Shown here: positions 62,601 to 64,000 of the stretch, one piece after another
Numbering within the stretch: the stretch's first letter is position 1
Layout of the letters: the number at the start of each line of letters is the position of its first letter
Assembly: GCA_025201805.1 (NCBI GenBank)
Contig: MU619259.1
Coordinates: 129,594-193,593, forward strand
Origin: Parasitella parasitica NRRL 2501
Taxonomy: Eukaryota; Fungi; Mucoromycota
Direction of reading: 5' to 3'
DNA: 64,000 nt
Notes under the pieces: generated by a model
Database searches by the model: none
What the model saw: only the letters and a program-made list of their open reading frames with translations
Told to the model about the DNA's origin: nothing
Program-made: the position numbers and the translations under genes

Positions 62601-62922
62601 CTGCGGCATGCAAGGAACAATATGGCCATATCACGCTTAGAATATTCATTACATAGATTTCCTTCTTATGCAAGCACTCTGAATATGTGGCATTTGGTAA
62701 TCTAACAAATTGTTATTGAAAAATTGTAGCACCAGCGGCCCACTCACCATTTACATATGGGATCCTCATATATTATTAAAAAAAATGCCAGATGATGGTG
62801 AGTTTGACAGAAAATGGCTCACGCTCTCACATAGAAACGATTTGTTATTTTGTATATATAAAGCAAATGTATGTGATGACACCAACATTATACACACACA
62901 AAAAGGCGGACTACAAGAAGCT

Positions 62923-63926
62923 TTAGCTGCGTTCCTGCTGATATACCCTGAGAGAATTTATGTCCCAGTAAGCTTTATCAAACACGTCTGGGGCATTCTC
63001 CACGTACGATGTACAATTCGAGGGAACACCCAGCACCGTTATATTTATTCTGATTACCAGCTCATCTTCTACAAAAAGTTTAATTAATTGCAGTTGCTTC
63101 CAAAAGGGCAATTGGCCACAGGACCACCCTCAATGGACCATAGTGGGCACGGCTGAACCGTTCTGTGATTCAAGCTTATTGGGTAAGCCATTGCGAGGAA
63201 AAAATTAGATTTGGATGCCGGTTGCTTGCTCCCAGCGCATCGCGCAAACACGGCCACCGTTCTCGTTCAGACCAGCGCCGTAAGATGTTGTATGTTCGTC
63301 CTTAACGCCGCAGCCTTGGCCAGCTCTATAAACATTAAAACCATTAGATTTGAATGTTGTGCCTGTCATTAGCTGCCTAGTTCCTTGCATGATACACTCT
63401 TTGGTTGTTTGAATTGTCATTCCATTGGTAGTTTGCGTATTGACACCTTCCAAAATCTATATTTATAGATACATGCATTATGGCCGCTCATTCACTTACA
63501 TCTATTTCGCTATCATCGGGCCAAGAAGGTCCTATCATCCAGTAAACAGTCCAGGTACCACATCCTTCAGGCATGTAGTTGATGTCAAACAGAAACAAGC
63601 CTCCATTGTATACATGCTTTGGATGCACTCAGGCAGAGGGACATTTACCACGAGTCAATGCGCTATTATTCGACTTTTAAATAACCCTATTCTTGTTATC
63701 CGCGTAGGCCAAACTGAGGGCTGCAGCTTTAGTATTACCTTGATATTTGACACAACCGCTTAATGGATCTTGTCCAGAATAACAATCGACATTGCCCAAA
63801 AAAAAAGAGTTTACCTCTGTATTCAGTCTGCAACTTATACTTACTGCATCGACCTACTTGGATCAGTGCTATCAGTGTTACTGTTGACGAAACTAGGTTG
63901 GGCCAATGAAAATAAATTTTGGTCAT
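62923..63926 (-). pseudogene. GH16 endo-1,3(4)-beta-glucanase pseudogene
   Basis: Signal-peptide-like start, YNGGLFLFD..MPEGCGTW..WP..EID|ILEGVN (ExDxxE), GCGV..SYG..GG..AMRW and C-terminal CTSYVENAPDVFDKAYWDINSLRVY. Interrupted by stops (e.g. 63205) and frameshifts, intron retained. Confidence 0.85.
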
Positions 63927-64000
63927 TTCCAAATTGAGTTGAGACACGATTACAAAAATGGGTCACGAATACGAAAATGGGACGTTAATATGAAAGTGGG

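Noticed and set aside
62710-63087. 125-aa plus-strand ORF
   Set aside because: Non-ATG start, no motifs, and partly antisense to the GH16 pseudogene.
1-64000. tRNA, rRNA or CRISPR arrays
   Set aside because: No cloverleaf with A/B boxes, rRNA-like block or repeat-spacer array was recognised by eye. tRNAscan-SE and Infernal would be needed to exclude small ncRNAs.

Overview
Eukaryotic, intron-rich, AT-rich fungal DNA. Short GT-AG introns, compact gene spacing and the protein families point to Mucorales (Mucor/Parasitella-like); this is inference. About 20 intact protein genes: PheRS alpha, kinesin-14, App1-like phosphatase, NOL4-like integrase-zinc-finger protein, RapGAP, PP2A-B56, URI/Bud27, MADS/SRF, Kin1-like kinase, PAM2-CUE-CCCH-Smr protein, a 76-aa microprotein, DPBB/expansin-like protein, Ert1/AcuK-family TF, HP1-like protein, SDR, divergent Pex13, RACK1, HIS1, BACE-like aspartic protease, Ran1/Sks1 kinase and TMCO3-like antiporter. 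Also present are a truncated Ty3/gypsy element, two decayed copies of an intron-containing UvrD/Srs2-type helicase gene and a GH16 glucanase pseudogene. Most interesting: (1) a gene-like 76-aa ORF ending in RRRNAMVHF, a PKI-type PKA pseudosubstrate; (2) a beta-secretase-like membrane protease with a TGA inside its signal peptide; (3) a ~180-nt hairpin in RACK1 intron 1; (4) the paired helicase relics. No tRNA, rRNA or CRISPR was recognised. Exon boundaries were read by eye and family calls rest on recalled motifs, not database searches.
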